From Macrostomum hystrix (taxonomy: Eukaryota; Animalia; Platyhelminthes), in assembly GCA_950097015.1 (NCBI GenBank), contig CATNEN010000007.1, forward strand, positions 11,222,001 to 11,286,000: a stretch of DNA of 64,000 nucleotides. Reading direction: 5' to 3'. The position numbers and the translations under genes are program-made. The notes beneath the pieces are model-generated. The model searched no databases, was not told the origin of the DNA, and worked only from the letters and a program-made list of their open reading frames with translations. Below, in pieces: positions 1 through 12,573 of the stretch (within the stretch, counting starts at the first letter, position 1; the number at the start of each line of letters is the position of its first letter).

Positions 1-585
1 TGAAGGCCCTTCCAACCGCATGGCAGCCTTCCACCACTGGCTGGTGCTGGGTGCTGCATTGGTGTGCCTGCAGATCCCTTGAGCATGAATCTGCTGCAGA
101 TTGCCGTCGATGGCGCCTCCACAGAGATTTTCCAAGTTGCTCGACTAACTGCAAGCGCCCAGCTGCAGCTGCTCTGCATTGGCGGGAGAGGGTCAGAATT
201 GTTAAATCCTTTCATCAGAATGAGCATATGATTTGAGGCGAGATGGTTCGGTAAGTTGCTCACGTAGCCTCCAGGTGAACAGCCGGTCCCCGCTACAGTT
301 GGTCGCCACTGCTGCCTGAGCAGCCATCATCACTTCCTGCTCGCTGCACAGCAGACCGCAGCCTCCGCCTCCGGCATTGTCGATGATGCGAATGCCGCGG
401 CATCTCGGCTGCATGGCGCACCTAAGAGCGCAGCTGCCGAACGCCTCCTGAAATTTGCCATCGGAGCAGCCGGCAGCGGGGTTCCTGGGCTCGAAGCTCA
501 CAGGCGAGCCGCAGCGCTGGAAAGTTTCTGTCGGCAGCAGCGACAGCAGCACGTAGGCTGTGGTCAGCGCCGTCCTCATGGTCAT
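1..585 (-). CDS. Secreted PAN/apple-like + F-type (fucolectin-like) lectin protein, partial at window edge; in-frame TAG at 145-147 (possible pseudogene or null allele)
   Basis: ATG at 585 and hydrophobic leader (MTMRTALTTAYVLLSLL), then a Cys pattern CALRC..C..C. Donor GTGAGC at 263 and acceptor CAG ending at 174 have matching phase 1. Exon 2 reads QQLQLGACS*SSNLENLCGGAIDGNLQQIHAQGICRHTNAAPSTSQWWK, containing the AIDGN / CxHT / WW hallmarks of F-type lectin domains. Confidence 0.55.
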
Positions 586-2400
586 TGAGCTTAGGAGGTC
601 TGGAAGGAGCACAATTCCCCCTTTAAGATCGCGTCTTTAGCTGCTTTGGGGTTCTCAACAACAATGGATATCCTCTCACCACTCTCACTAAGTACAGCTC
701 TCAGGCCACAGCTCAATCGGGCTACTGCAGCCCCACCTGAGCTTGCCGCGCAGTTCCGAGAAATCGACTTGTTTCTACAAATGTTGAGAGCCGTTTTCTA
801 AGGCACTTCAGTCCAGAGCCTGCTGTCTGCGACAGCTAGGAAAATGAGGTTTTTCAGCGGCTTAAATCTTGTTTGCTATCGCTCTGCCCAGGCGCTCATC
901 CTTTACCATTGTCCGTGTGCACTATATGCTCATAAAGCAGATAACTCAACTGGCTGGGCGTCCGCTTGAGACTTGGTGGCTATTGTGTATGAGAGCTGGT
1001 TAGAATAATACTGCAGTAGCTGATCGTCAGTGCCCGGCTGCCAATATATTGTGCAGGGTCCCCCATCCCCCATGGCAACAGGCAGCTGCTGGTGATGCGC
1101 ATGATGCATGCAGGTGGCAATTATTATTAAATTGCAGGAATTTGGAGGTAAAACATAGAACTGCCGGGTTATATGAGCCCGCGATCTAAGCTGTAGTCTT
1201 TTGCATCAATAACTCTAGCTACGCCCAGACATTTTGGCTAATTATTAGGGTTGAGGGCATCACTCGACCAGCATCGCAGTTAACTTGTTGAGCTTTTTGC
1301 TTAGTCTTCTACTGAAGGTAGCTAGTATATTGAAAATCTTAAATCATTTGGTGCAGTTCGCTAAGCTTTACTACGAGAATAAACTGTCACTGAGTCCTGA
1401 CACGCACGGATGCTGTTGCAACCCAAAAAGTGAAAAATCTGAATTGAATTCATGGTTTCAAGGATTTTATTTAGGCGCAACGTGTTGTGGTGAGAATGAG
1501 ATCATGCAGTCTCCTTTGTATCCTCCTGGTGAGGAGCGACGGGGTTTGCTCCGAGCTTATCTCTCTGAAAGAACCAAGGGCTAGTGGCATGAAGAGCATC
1601 ATTGAAGTTACTGTTTTCCTGTTCCAGTGCGCAGCCTGAGCAGCTGTAAGCAGCCTTTGGAAGCGCCGCAATAGCTGCGGCCTTGCTGGTGGCTGTACAT
1701 CTGGCACAACTAGACTTGGTGTTTTTCGTTAAATAAAACCCTCTGTAAGGGCATTCCGCGTATCCAGAGTTGCTTGGCGCACTTTTACCTATATGGCGCA
1801 GACCTGAGTTGAGAAGAGATTTAAGATTGTTAAATCTTTATTTCAAGCCATTTTACGTTTTCTTCATTGTAAAATTATAACAATCAGCAATTAGTGATAG
1901 TCTTTAGGTGATTGATAGACTCAACAGTTTTTTTCTAAAAAACAACACAATTCTTTCATTCTGAACCGAGAAACCAGGCTTAATTGCACTTGCTTAGTTT
2001 GCAATTTGAAAGGTTTTTAAGTGCACAAAAAGTTTAAACAAAATTTTATTCCTTTGCTCCAAACTGTTAGTTGTCTGTGCAAAAGACACATCACCTTTCA
2101 TTTTAAAAGAATATTTTTTGACTATGGAAGAATTATTTTAGTTCAATTTATAATGCTGCGGTATGAGAAGTTTCTAGAAAATTCTCCACTTACGAGTACG
2201 AGTGCCAAACAAACATTTCATTGAATATTTTAGCACGCTCTTGAACTGCAAGCGTAGAATCTCTGTAGTACGATGTTTAAGAGCACTCATGTGATTTTTC
2301 TCGCATATAGCATTAAGCATTCACCTGGATAAAATATCTGCTATTGCCATGAGCATATAAATTAAAATTGCCTTTCGTCTCTCATTCAACTCAATCATTT

Positions 2401-2445
2401 GTCAATCAAGTCAATCAAGTCAATCAAGACAATCAAGTCAATCAT
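2401..2445. repeat. (TCAATCAAG)n microsatellite, about 5 copies
   Basis: Direct reading of tandem 9-mers. Confidence 0.85.
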
Positions 2446-3447
2446 TTTATCACAAGCTAGCTAGCTAATGTAGGCGTAGCAATTGTTATGTAAAGCTAGC
2501 TACTCGATTCTACTGTCTTGAATAAAAGTGTAGGCCTAGCTATGGTAGCCTATTGATCGATCATCGATCAGTCTCCGATGGCCATACCACATACTAGTAA
2601 ATAAGAAATAGAATAAAACTAAGCATATGTTGCTTAAGTTAGCCTACAAGACATACTTAAGACGTTCAGAGTTAAGTAATTTTATTGTAGGTCTAATAGG
2701 ACTTTAGATCCCAATATCCCAAGATCAGAGTTTAGCAATTAAAATTTTTATTTATCTGAGTAAACTTCAGAGTACAGTTCCTAGTTCTATCTTCTGAGAA
2801 TTATCCTTAGTATGTTGCTTACTTTTCTTTTTATTAATTTGTTGTTCAGTAAATAGTTTTGGGTATTTCATTTTTGACTGTCCACAATATACAAGACATG
2901 CATTTGTGTTATATTAGACTAATTTAGGAAATAGTCTAACATTAAATATAAGTCCATATCATTCTTAAAATTGTTTCTTATGTAGGCCAAACTACTATTA
3001 ACAGCTATTCTTGAATTTTTTGTCATGACTCTAGCTAAGTTTAACCAAAAAATATGTTATTTATTTGGCTAGTATATTCTTAAATATATTTTGATAGTAC
3101 ATTTTTAAGTCAAATTCTTTATCACCTCTGCCTCTTGTTTGGTTTTTTGAATGGCAATACATGAATGTTGAAATTGGCACTATTAAGACATATTTAGCTT
3201 ACCTACGTTATCTGTGTGCCTGTGTTTTCAGGAGTCAACAGAATGGGCAGCAATGCATTGCCTCATTGCTGGCTGAAGGTCTACTGTCACTAGTAATATA
3301 TTAAACTCTTGCTAATAGTAGCTCTGTGTTTTGTCATACTTTTGTCTAGTGTACATGTCTGCTTCTCATATTCATAAGAATAATTATAATAAGCATAACT
3401 CAAGTGTACTAATTCTGTGTTCCACTGCAGCCTCTGCAGACTCAGTA

Positions 3448-5453
3448 ATGGCTAAGTGGGGCGAAGGCGATCCTCGCTGGATAGTGGAGGAGCGGGCGGA
3501 TGCCAAGAATGTGAACAACTGGCACTGGACTGAGAAGAATGCCACGCAGTGGTCCAAGGACAAGCTGCGCCAGCTGCTGGTCGGCTTCAAGGTCGCTGAG
3601 GACGGCAGCTTCGAATTTCGCATAGCCGACATGTCGAAATGCGATGGCGAGGCGACGGCGAACAATCGCAAGGCCAAGCTGATCTTCTTCTACGAGTGGA
3701 CCATTACGCTGGACTGGGAGGGCCAGCTGCTTGGTGGAGACAACAAGACCAAGTACAAGGGCAAGGTCGAGGTTATTAACCTGTCTGAGGAGAACAGCGC
3801 CGATGAGATCGACATGGACGTGTCTGTGGACTCCAGCTCCAACGATGCGTACAAGCTGAAGGAACTGGTGCGGCGTCAGGTTGTTCCAAAACTGCAGTCT
3901 CAGTTGGCTAAGTACATTGAGCAGCTGCGCACCGAGTTCTCTCAGGTAAGCTGCGAATCAGTGTTACTCTGCGGACCAGTAAAGTTCAAGTCTAGAGAGT
4001 TTTTAGGCCTTTCGGTTTTACGTTTTTTAAAGCATTCAGTTATAGATGCCTATGTGGCTTTGCGTGTCTCTTTGCCAGCCACTGTTACGTCTGGAGATCT
4101 GCAGGTCAGCTGCTCTCAAATCTAGAAATATGTGGGTCAGCTGCTGTCATATCTAGAAATTTGTGGGTCGGATGCTGCTCTATCTAGAGATCTGTGGGTC
4201 AGGTGCTGTCATATCTAGAGATCTGTAGGTCAGCTGCTGCCATATCTAGAAATCTGTGGGTCAGGTGCTGTCATAGCCAGAGATCTGTGGGTCAGTTTGA
4301 GACTGTTCAGCACGCCTCCATTTCTCATTTCCAGGACCTGATCCTGCCGACCAAGGGCGACACGAGCCGACCGGCTCCGGCCACCACAGCAGTAGCTCCA
4401 CCGGTGGTGCACGATCGAACTGTCATCGGCGGCGGCAGCGGCAGCGGTGGCAGCGCGAAGGCTGCATCGACCGAGTCGTCGGACCGCTTGGCCACGAAAA
4501 AGTTGACCTTCAAGGAGGAGTTCTACTGCTCGCCAGACGATCTGTTTCGCGTCTTCACCCAGCAGCACCTGGTGGCGGCATTCGTCCGGGCCCACGCATC
4601 TGTGGACGCCCGAGAAGGCGGCGAGTTCAGTCTATGCGATGGCTCCATCACCGGCTTCTTTGACGAGCTGGTGAGTCTGACCTGGGCGGCCTTAGTCATT
4701 TAATCGCTCATCACAGGTCTTTTACCAAGTTACTGAAGTCTCTTCATTTTGATTTCAAATCTGCTTAGTCAGTCGTGAGTCCTGTTCCAAGGCTCTCATT
4801 AAACTCGTGCTTACCCCCAGAGAGTAATAATCATTGGGGACATCAATCAGTCACTAATCAAATTTGTCCTCAGTGGATCATTATCCCTGTCCTCAGTGGA
4901 TCATTATCACTGTCCTCAGTGGATCATTATCACTGTCCTCAGTGGATCATTATCACTGTCCTCAGTGGATCATTATCACTGTCCTCAGTGGATCCTTATC
5001 ACTGTCCTCAGTGGATCATTATCCCTGTCCTCAGTGGATCATTATCCCTGTCCTCAGTGGATCATTATCACTGTCCTCAGTGGATCATTATCCCTGTCCT
5101 CAGTGGATCATTATTACTGTCCTCAGTGGATCATTATCCCTGTCGTCAGTCACTAATCACACTAGTCTATATATAAGCCGTTTATCAGTTCATTTGCTCA
5201 AAATATACGAGCTACCGCTCGATTCCAGCTGCCGCCGGACCGCCTGGTGATGCGCTGGCGCCACCGGAAGTGGCCAGCCGGGCACCACTCGGTGTGCGAG
5301 CTCAACTTCCGGCCTAGCGACGGCGGCACCCGGCTGGAGCTGGTTCAGACCCAGGTGCCGGAGAAGGAGGTGGACTTCACCCGCAACAGCTGGCAGGAGT
5401 ACTACTTCAAGGCCATCAAACAGACCTTCGGCTACGGCGGCAAGCTCTTCTGA
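3448..5453 (+). CDS. AHSA1: Activator of Hsp90 ATPase 1 (Aha1); exons 3448-3945, 4335-4670, 5229-5453; 352 aa
   Basis: MAKWGEGDPRWIVEERADAKNVNNWHWTEK, NRKAKLIFFYEW, NLSEEN and the C-terminal START-like domain (WR..KWP.GHHS, WQEYYFKAIKQTFGYG). GT-AG introns give a continuous frame of 1059 nt. Confidence 0.96.
4090..4295. repeat. Degenerate ~31-bp minisatellite in AHSA1 intron 1
   Basis: Repeats of TCTAGAGATCTGTGGGTCAGCTGCTGTCATA. Confidence 0.8.
4865..5150. repeat. 23-bp minisatellite in AHSA1 intron 2
   Basis: CCTCAGTGGATCATTATC(A/C)CTGT, about 12 copies. Confidence 0.95.
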
Positions 5454-6264
5454 TTGGCCAGAAAGCCTCTGATGGGGACAGTTAAGAGAAGCGACATTGT
5501 TAATGAATTTGCCCATTGTTTAGACCTATAGCCCGAGCATATGAACTGTGGAGCGCATGAGTTCTGTCCTAGAATCCTGACTTGCGCTGCGGTTCGCTTT
5601 TCTTTCTGTTCTATTCTATGACTTGTGTTGAGCAGTCTCTGAGTTATAGCGCGACCTCCTGCGATCTGCTAGCAATCTTATTTACTAGCGGCAAGCAGCT
5701 CACCCAGACTATTACTGTTCGCCTATCCATAAGTAGAATATAAAAATATGCTTTTAAATGCTAGACTCTACTGTCAAGTAGTATGCATTGAATAATTCAA
5801 CACTGCAACAAAAACTTGTGAGTTTATTGCCCAATTTCACATTCTCTATTGATTCTAAAGTACACGAGAACTATTTTAAGCTTGAGCGAAAAGTACACTG
5901 GGTCAGCAAAAATTGAGCAGGTAAATTCAAATGGATTGCTCTTGCATTTGGAGTTCGATAATTTACTCTGTTTCACAAATGCTGCTATTGATTTGTACCC
6001 TCGAATGGATTGTCCCGAGCCCCCAGCAACCACCGCGGTCTGTTATTTTCCCGAACACTTAATATGCTATTCTACTGCTTCATTTGTACTTTTGTATGCG
6101 CCAGCAAGTACATGAGCACTGCGACTATGGCTAATTTTGCTGTGTGCCTGGCTGCGCCTCTGGTTCACATTGCCTGTTCAGCCACTGCACTCCGCTGACT
6201 TGCTCATTTGTTCTCTCCGCTTTTAGATTAGGCTGGAGTCATGGCCTTCACTGTGAAGAGTAAA

Positions 6265-6701
6265 GAGCTGCCGTCTGAGCACTGTAATTAGGATGAGCTG
6301 CAGTCTGAGCACTGTAACTGGGATGCGCTGCAGTCTGAGCACTGTAACTGGGATGAGCTGCCGTCTGAGCACTGTGACTGGGATGAGCTGAAGTCTGAGC
6401 ACTGTAACTGGGATGAGCTGCAGTCTGAGCACTGTAACTGGGATGAGCTGCAGTCTGAGCACTGTAACTGGGATGAGCTGCCGTCTGAGCACTGTAACTG
6501 GGATGAGCTGAAGTCTGAGCACTGTAACTGGGATGAGCTGCAGTCTGAGCACTGTAACTGGGATGAGCTGCCGTCTGAGCACTGTAACTGGGATGAGCTG
6601 CCGTCTGAGCACTGTAACTGGGATGAGCTGCCGTCTGAGCACTGTAACTGGGATGAGCTGCAGTGTGAGCACTGTAACTGGGATGAGCTGCCGTCTGAGC
6701 A
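6265..6701. repeat. 30-bp minisatellite between AHSA1 and SCaMC
   Basis: GAGCTGC(A/C)GTCTGAGCACTGTAACTGGGAT, about 14 copies. Confidence 0.95.
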
Positions 6702-6829
6702 CGAGCGTATTATAATTAGCCTCTCAAAAACCCATTATTGAGTTTCAGTTTTTCCCCTATCTCCCTCCTTATGCAGTGTTAATATGCTCAAAGCCCTTAA
6801 TCCACGCGGTCCTTGCAGGACTGTCGGTC

Positions 6830-9106
6830 ATGTCGCCACCACCAGCCACAGACGGCCAAAAGAAGCCGGCCGATTCGACAGAATCCGAGCGGGTCCGCAT
6901 CGCCCGCCTGTTCCGCCAGCTGGACAAGGACGGTGACGGCCGCGTCAACGCCTCGGAGCTGAGCGCTGCCCTGAAGCAGCAGTATGGCCAGAAGGCCAAG
7001 CGCCTGGAGGCCGCCGAGCGGGTCATCCAGGCCAGCGACTCGAACGCTGACTCCGGCCTGGACCTAGACGAGTTCGTCAAATACGTCACCGAGCAGAACC
7101 AGCGCCTCCGGCTGGCATTCAAGGAGCTTGACAAGAACAAAGACGACCGCATCGATGCCGAGGAGATTCAGGCCGCCATGCTGGAGCTGGGCATCCGGCT
7201 GGACCAGGCCGACGCTGAGCAGTTGCTCAAGAAGCTGGACAAAGACGGCTCGCTCAGCATCAACTATGAGGTGGGGCACCACTCACCTGACTCACCTGTC
7301 ATCTTACAGCACTCTCACACACCTGTCATCTGACAGCCCACACACACCTGACACACCTTCCGTCTGACAGCCCTATCAACTGACACACCTGTCATATCTC
7401 ACCCAGTTGTCAAGTGCCCTGCACTGCTGTCAGCGGTGCATACCAGCGGATCTGGGTCCTGTCTGTTGCTGAAAATATCTTCGCTCGATCCATCCCGATG
7501 AATATTTTTCTGTTGTCTTTGGGTGTACTTTCATTTTCCCCACCCCGGCATCTCGCAGGAGTGGCGCGACTTCCTGCTGCTGACCGGGCGCCACTCGGTC
7601 AACGAGATCTTCAAGCTGATGCGGCACGCCTCGAGCTTTGACATCGGCGAGAGCTTCGTGATCCCAGACGACTACACGCCGGAGGAGCGGCAGTCCGGCG
7701 TGGCCTGGAAGACGCTCGTGTCCGGCGGCGTGGCCGGCGCCGTCTCCCGCAGCGCCACTGCGCCGCTGGACCGCCTGAAGGTGGCCTGGCAGGCCAGCGC
7801 CGGCTCCAAGGACAGCCACGGCGCCAAGGCGTCGATGTGGCGCGGCATCTCCGGCATGGTGAAGGAGGGCGGCGTGGCCAGCCTGTGGCGCGGCAACGGC
7901 GTCAACTGCATCAAGATTGCGCCGGAGTCCGCGATCAAGTTCCTGGCCTACGAGAGTTACAAGAGCCTCCTGGTTGGCGACTCGAAGCGGCCTGTGAGTC
8001 CGCGGCTTCTGGCCTTTAGTCTATTCATTGCGGTGCTAAATCCAATGTCTGCTGTGACCTCTAGTTTATCCTGTCAATATCCCAGATCCCCAGGTAGACC
8101 TGTCAATAGCCCTGATCCCCACGTTTATGCTGTCAAAATCCCTCATCCCTAGGTTTATCCTGGCTACAATACCCCAGATCCACAGGTAGATTCTGGCTAC
8201 AATACCCCAGATCCTCAGGTAGATCCTGGCTACAATACCCCAGATCCTCAGGTAGATCCTGGCTACAATACCCCAGATCCTCAGGTAGATCCTGGCTACA
8301 ATACCCCAGATCCTCAGGTAGATCCTGGCTACAATACCCCAGATCCTCAGGTAGATCCTGGCTACAATACCCCAGATCCCCAGGTAGATCCTGGCTACAA
8401 TACCCCAGATCCCCAGGTAGATTCTGGCCTAGCTTTCCCTAGATCCCCACGTAGACTCTGTCCAAACTGTCGCGAACCCCACGCAGATCCTGCCAGAAAG
8501 CCTCTAATCAGTTTCCATGCTAATATTTAAAATGCCTTCCAGGTGCAGCTGTACGAGAAGTTCATCGCGGGCGCCCTGGCCGGGGCCACAGCGCAGACGC
8601 TGATCTACCCGCTGGAGGTGCTGAAGACGCGCATGTGCCTGCGCAAGACCGGGCAGTACTCCTCCCTGTTCGACTGCGCCCGCAAGGTGTACGCTGAGGG
8701 CGGCGCAGCCATCTTCTACCGAGGCTACGTGCCCAACATGCTGGGGATCCTGCCCTACGCCGGCATCGACCTGGCCCTGTACGAGACCTTCAAGCAAAGC
8801 TACCAGCGGTGGCGCGGCCAAGACAGCGGCAGTCCGCCAATCTACGTGTCCCTGCTGGCTGGCGCTGTGTCCTCAGTGTGCGGCCAGGTGGCCACCTACC
8901 CGCTGGCCCTAGTTCGCACCAAGCTGCAGGCCCGCAGCGGTGGAGGCGGCGGCCTGACCAGCATGTTCACGGACATCCTCAAGCGCGAGGGCTTCGGCGG
9001 CCTCTACCGCGGCATGGGGCCGAACATGCTGAAGGTCATCCCGGCTGTGAGCATTTCCTACGCCACCTTTGATGAGATGCGACGCCGGCTAGGCCTGATG
9101 AATTGA
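6830..9106 (+). CDS. Calcium-binding mitochondrial carrier (SCaMC / ATP-Mg:Pi carrier, SLC25A23/24/25 family); exons 6830-7270, 7559-7993, 8543-9106; 479 aa
   Basis: Four EF-hands (DKDGDGRVNASE, DSNADSGLDLDE, DKNKDDRIDAEE, DKDGSLSINYEE) and three carrier repeats (PLDRLK, PLEVLK, PLALVR), plus DIGE and WRGNGVNCIKIAPESAIKF. Phase-0 GT-AG introns, 1440 nt total. Confidence 0.95.
8159..8428. repeat. 33-bp minisatellite in SCaMC intron 2
   Basis: CCTGGCTACAATACCCCAGATCCTCAGGTAGAT, about 8 copies. Confidence 0.95.
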
Positions 9107-9134
9107 GGACATGACCTGCTTCCTCTGCGCTTGT

Positions 9135-9321
9135 TTGTTTTGTATTTGATTTTGAATTCGCGCCGAAAATTTTAAAATAAAACAAAAGCCCGTAATATAT
9201 GTGGGCTATTTATACTCAGTTTTACATTCAGTCACTAAAAGTTAATCATATTTCCTTGAGTTACAACAAATTTGTTATACTAGCATTTTGGCGCGAATTC
9301 AAAATTCGAATATAAAAACAA
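9135..9321. repeat. Imperfect ~50-bp inverted repeat just 3' of the SCaMC stop (MITE-like or 3'UTR hairpin)
   Basis: Left arm TTTTGAATTCGCGCCGAAAA (about 9150-9169) pairs with right arm TTTTGGCGCGAATTCAAAA (about 9286-9304); complementarity extends on both sides. Confidence 0.7.
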
Positions 9322-9939
9322 CTTTTAGGCGTGGGAAAGGACTGGGAATAGCCGCCGAGTTTATTGACTGCCTGCAGCTGGCTGGCCATGACTGCACTTG
9401 GCTTCTACTAAGGCTGATTAAAATGGCATTACAGTTTATTGTAGCTCTTTATATAAAATAATATCTAACAATCACTAGAGATGTAACTAATATGACTGAA
9501 CAGATGTTATCTGAATGCTCTCTAATCCTATTTTAGATAGTTTTTTAATATGCTAGCGCTATTTAAATATATTTAAGATTTTTATATATTTAGCTTCTAT
9601 TTTCATTTCTGGAACTTGTTCCAGATAGCATTAAACTCATTAACTCTATTTTTTGCTAATGCTGCCAAATATTATAAGCCTAGCCTTTGCTGTTCACTGC
9701 TGACATTTCTAAGAAAATGGTTGTATTCAGGCACAAACAGGTGCTCATGGTGTATTTTAAGCATTGGGTTGTTATCAGGGTGGGCATTAATTGATTGATG
9801 CTACATAGATTTGTGTTACACGACCGCTGCTGTTGTTGTTTTCGCTTGTTTTTGTTTTAGTTGTTTTAGTTGTTGGGGGCTTACCCGCCAGGTAGACCTC
9901 GAAGTGCCAGTCAGGGAGGGGACAAGCGATGTAGTGTCG

Positions 9940-10705
9940 CACTGCTCATGCAGTGCTCATGCAGTGTGATACTGCTCATGCACTGCTCATGCAGTGTGAT
10001 ACTGCTCATGCACTGCTCATGCAGTGTGATACTGCTCATGCAGTGCTCATGCAGTGTGATACTGCTCATGCAGTGTGATACTGCTCATGCAGTGTGATAC
10101 TGCTCATGCAGTGTGATACTGCTCATGCAGTGTGATACTGCTCATGCAGTGTGATACTGCTCATGCAGTGTGATACTGCTCATGCAGTGCTCATGCAGTG
10201 TGATACTGCTCATGCAGTGTGATACTGCTCATGCAGTGTGATACTGCTCATGCAGTGTGATACTGCTCATGCAGTGTGATACTGCTCATGCAGTGCTCAT
10301 GCAGTGTGATACTGCTCATGCAGTGTGATACTGCTCATGCAGTGTGATACTGCTCATGCAGTGTGATACTGCTCATGCAGTGTGATACTGCTCATGCAGT
10401 GTGATACTGCTCATGCAGTGTGATACTGCTCATGCAGTGTGATACTGCTCATGCAGTGCTCATGCAGTGTGATACTGCCCATGCAGTGTGATACTGCTCA
10501 TGCAGTGCTCATGCAGTGTGATAATGCTCATGCAGTGCTCATGCAGTGTGATACTGCTCATGCAGTGTGATACTGCCCATGCAGTGCTCATGCAGTGTGA
10601 TACTGCTCATGCAGTGTGATACTGCTCATGCAGTGCTCATGCAGTGTGATACTGCTCATGCAGTGTGATACTGCTCATGCAGTGCTCATGCAGTGTGATA
10701 CTGCC
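9940..10705. repeat. 19-bp minisatellite with interspersed 11-bp variants
   Basis: TGCAGTGTGATACTGCTCA and TGCAGTGCTCA. Confidence 0.95.
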
Positions 10706-11365
10706 CTTTGAACACCGCTCAAGCAATTAGAGTTTTCTGGCCATTTCGATTTTCTTTCGAGCATCGCATGCTGAGAACTGTAGATTCGTTGCTTTCTAAG
10801 GTTTTCATTATTTCGACTGACCAAACTTGCGGGCCGTGTTTTAACAATTTTCATTTTCTCCACGCTGGGCCATCGGGCATCGGGGCTTAAATTCGAATTT
10901 TATTCTTTCTAGCAGGCAGAAGATGATCTTCATATACTACTTACACACGCCATGCAAATGTATTCACCCTTGATATAATTTTTTCGTCTTGCTTCACACC
11001 ATCTTGCATCCACACAGTGCTATCATGTGTTGTGTCTGTTGGATTTTTACAGATTTTGGTTCTTATGCTTTTTATATTTATTTTTTTCGACGCACTCTTT
11101 AAGCCCTCCAAACCGCACTCACTGGCCTGCGCTGCCAATCTTTTCCGTCTCCTTACTGTCTAATACGAGCTATACTCTTGTGTGGCACTGTGGGCCAGAT
11201 TAACCCAGTTTTTTAACCAATTATTTATCACCATTATCAGTCCTGTAAGCCTCATTGAATTCTCCCTGTTATCTTCTTAAAATTTATTTGCTTTTCCCTA
11301 AGTAAAAAGATAAGCAAAATAGGACTCAATCTTCTGGCAGTGACAGTGTCAAAACTGAGAAGTTG

Positions 11366-12573
11366 GAAGGGGCGGAAACTGAGGAGAGAGAAGGGTGGAA
11401 ACTGAGGAGAGAGAAGGGTGGAAACTGAGGAGAGAGAAGGGTGGAAACTGAGGAGAGAGAAGGGTGGAAACTGAGGAGAGAGAAGGGTGGAAACTGAGGA
11501 GAGAGAAGGGTGGAAACTGAGGAGAGAGAAGGGTGGAAACTGAGGAGAGAGAAGGGTGGAAACTGAGGAGAGAGAAGGGTGGAAACTGAGGAGAGAGAAG
11601 GGTGCAAAATGAGGATAGAGAAGGGTGGAAACTGAGGAGAGAGAAGGGGTGGAAACTGAGGAGAGAGAAGGGTGGAAACTGAGGAGAGAGAAGGGTGGAA
11701 ACTGAGGAGAGAGAAGGGTGGAAACTGAGGAGAGAGAAGGGTGGAAACTGAGGAGAGAGAAGGGTGGAAACTGAGGAGAGAGAAGGGTGGAAACTGAGGA
11801 GAGAGAAGGGTGGAAACTGAGGAGAGAGAAGGGGCGGAAACTGAGGAGAGAGAAGGGGTGGAAACTGAGGAGAGAGAAGGGTGGAAACTGAGGAGAGAGA
11901 AGGGTGGAAACTGAGGAGAGAGAAGGGTGGAAACTGAGGAGAGAGAAGGGTGGAAACTGAGGAGAGAGAAGGGGCGGAAACTGAGGAGAGAGAAGGGTGG
12001 AAACTGAGGAGAGAGAAGGGTGGAAACTGAGGAGAGAGAAGGGGCGGAAACTGAGGAGAGAGAAGGGGCGGAAACTGAGGAGAGAGAAGGGTGGAAACTG
12101 AGGAGAGAGAAGGGGTGGAAACTGAGGAGAGAGAAGGGTGGATACTGAGGAGAGAGAAGGGTGGAAACTGAGGAGAGAGAAGGGTGGAAACTGAGGAGAG
12201 AGAAGGGTGGAAACTGAGGAGAGAGAAGGGTGGAAACTGAGGAGAGAGAAGGGTGGAAACTGAGGAGAGAGAAGGGTGGAAATTGAGGAGAGAGAAGGGT
12301 GGATACTGAGGAGAGAGAAGGGTGGAAACTCAGGAGAGAGAAGAGGCGGAAACTGAGGAGAGAGAAGGGTGGAAACTGAGGAGAGAGAAGGGGCGGAAAC
12401 TGAGGAGAGAAGGGCGGAAACTGAGGAGAGAGAAGGGTGGAAACTGAGGAGAGAGAAGGGTGGAAACTGAGGAGAGAGAAGGGTGGATACTGAGGAGAGA
12501 GAAGGGTGGATACTGAGGAGAGAGAAGGGTGGATACTGAGGAGAGAGAAGGGTGGATACTGAGGAGAGAAGGG
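11366..12573. repeat. 23-bp purine-rich minisatellite, about 52 copies
   Basis: GGGTGGAAACTGAGGAGAGAGAA. Confidence 0.97.
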
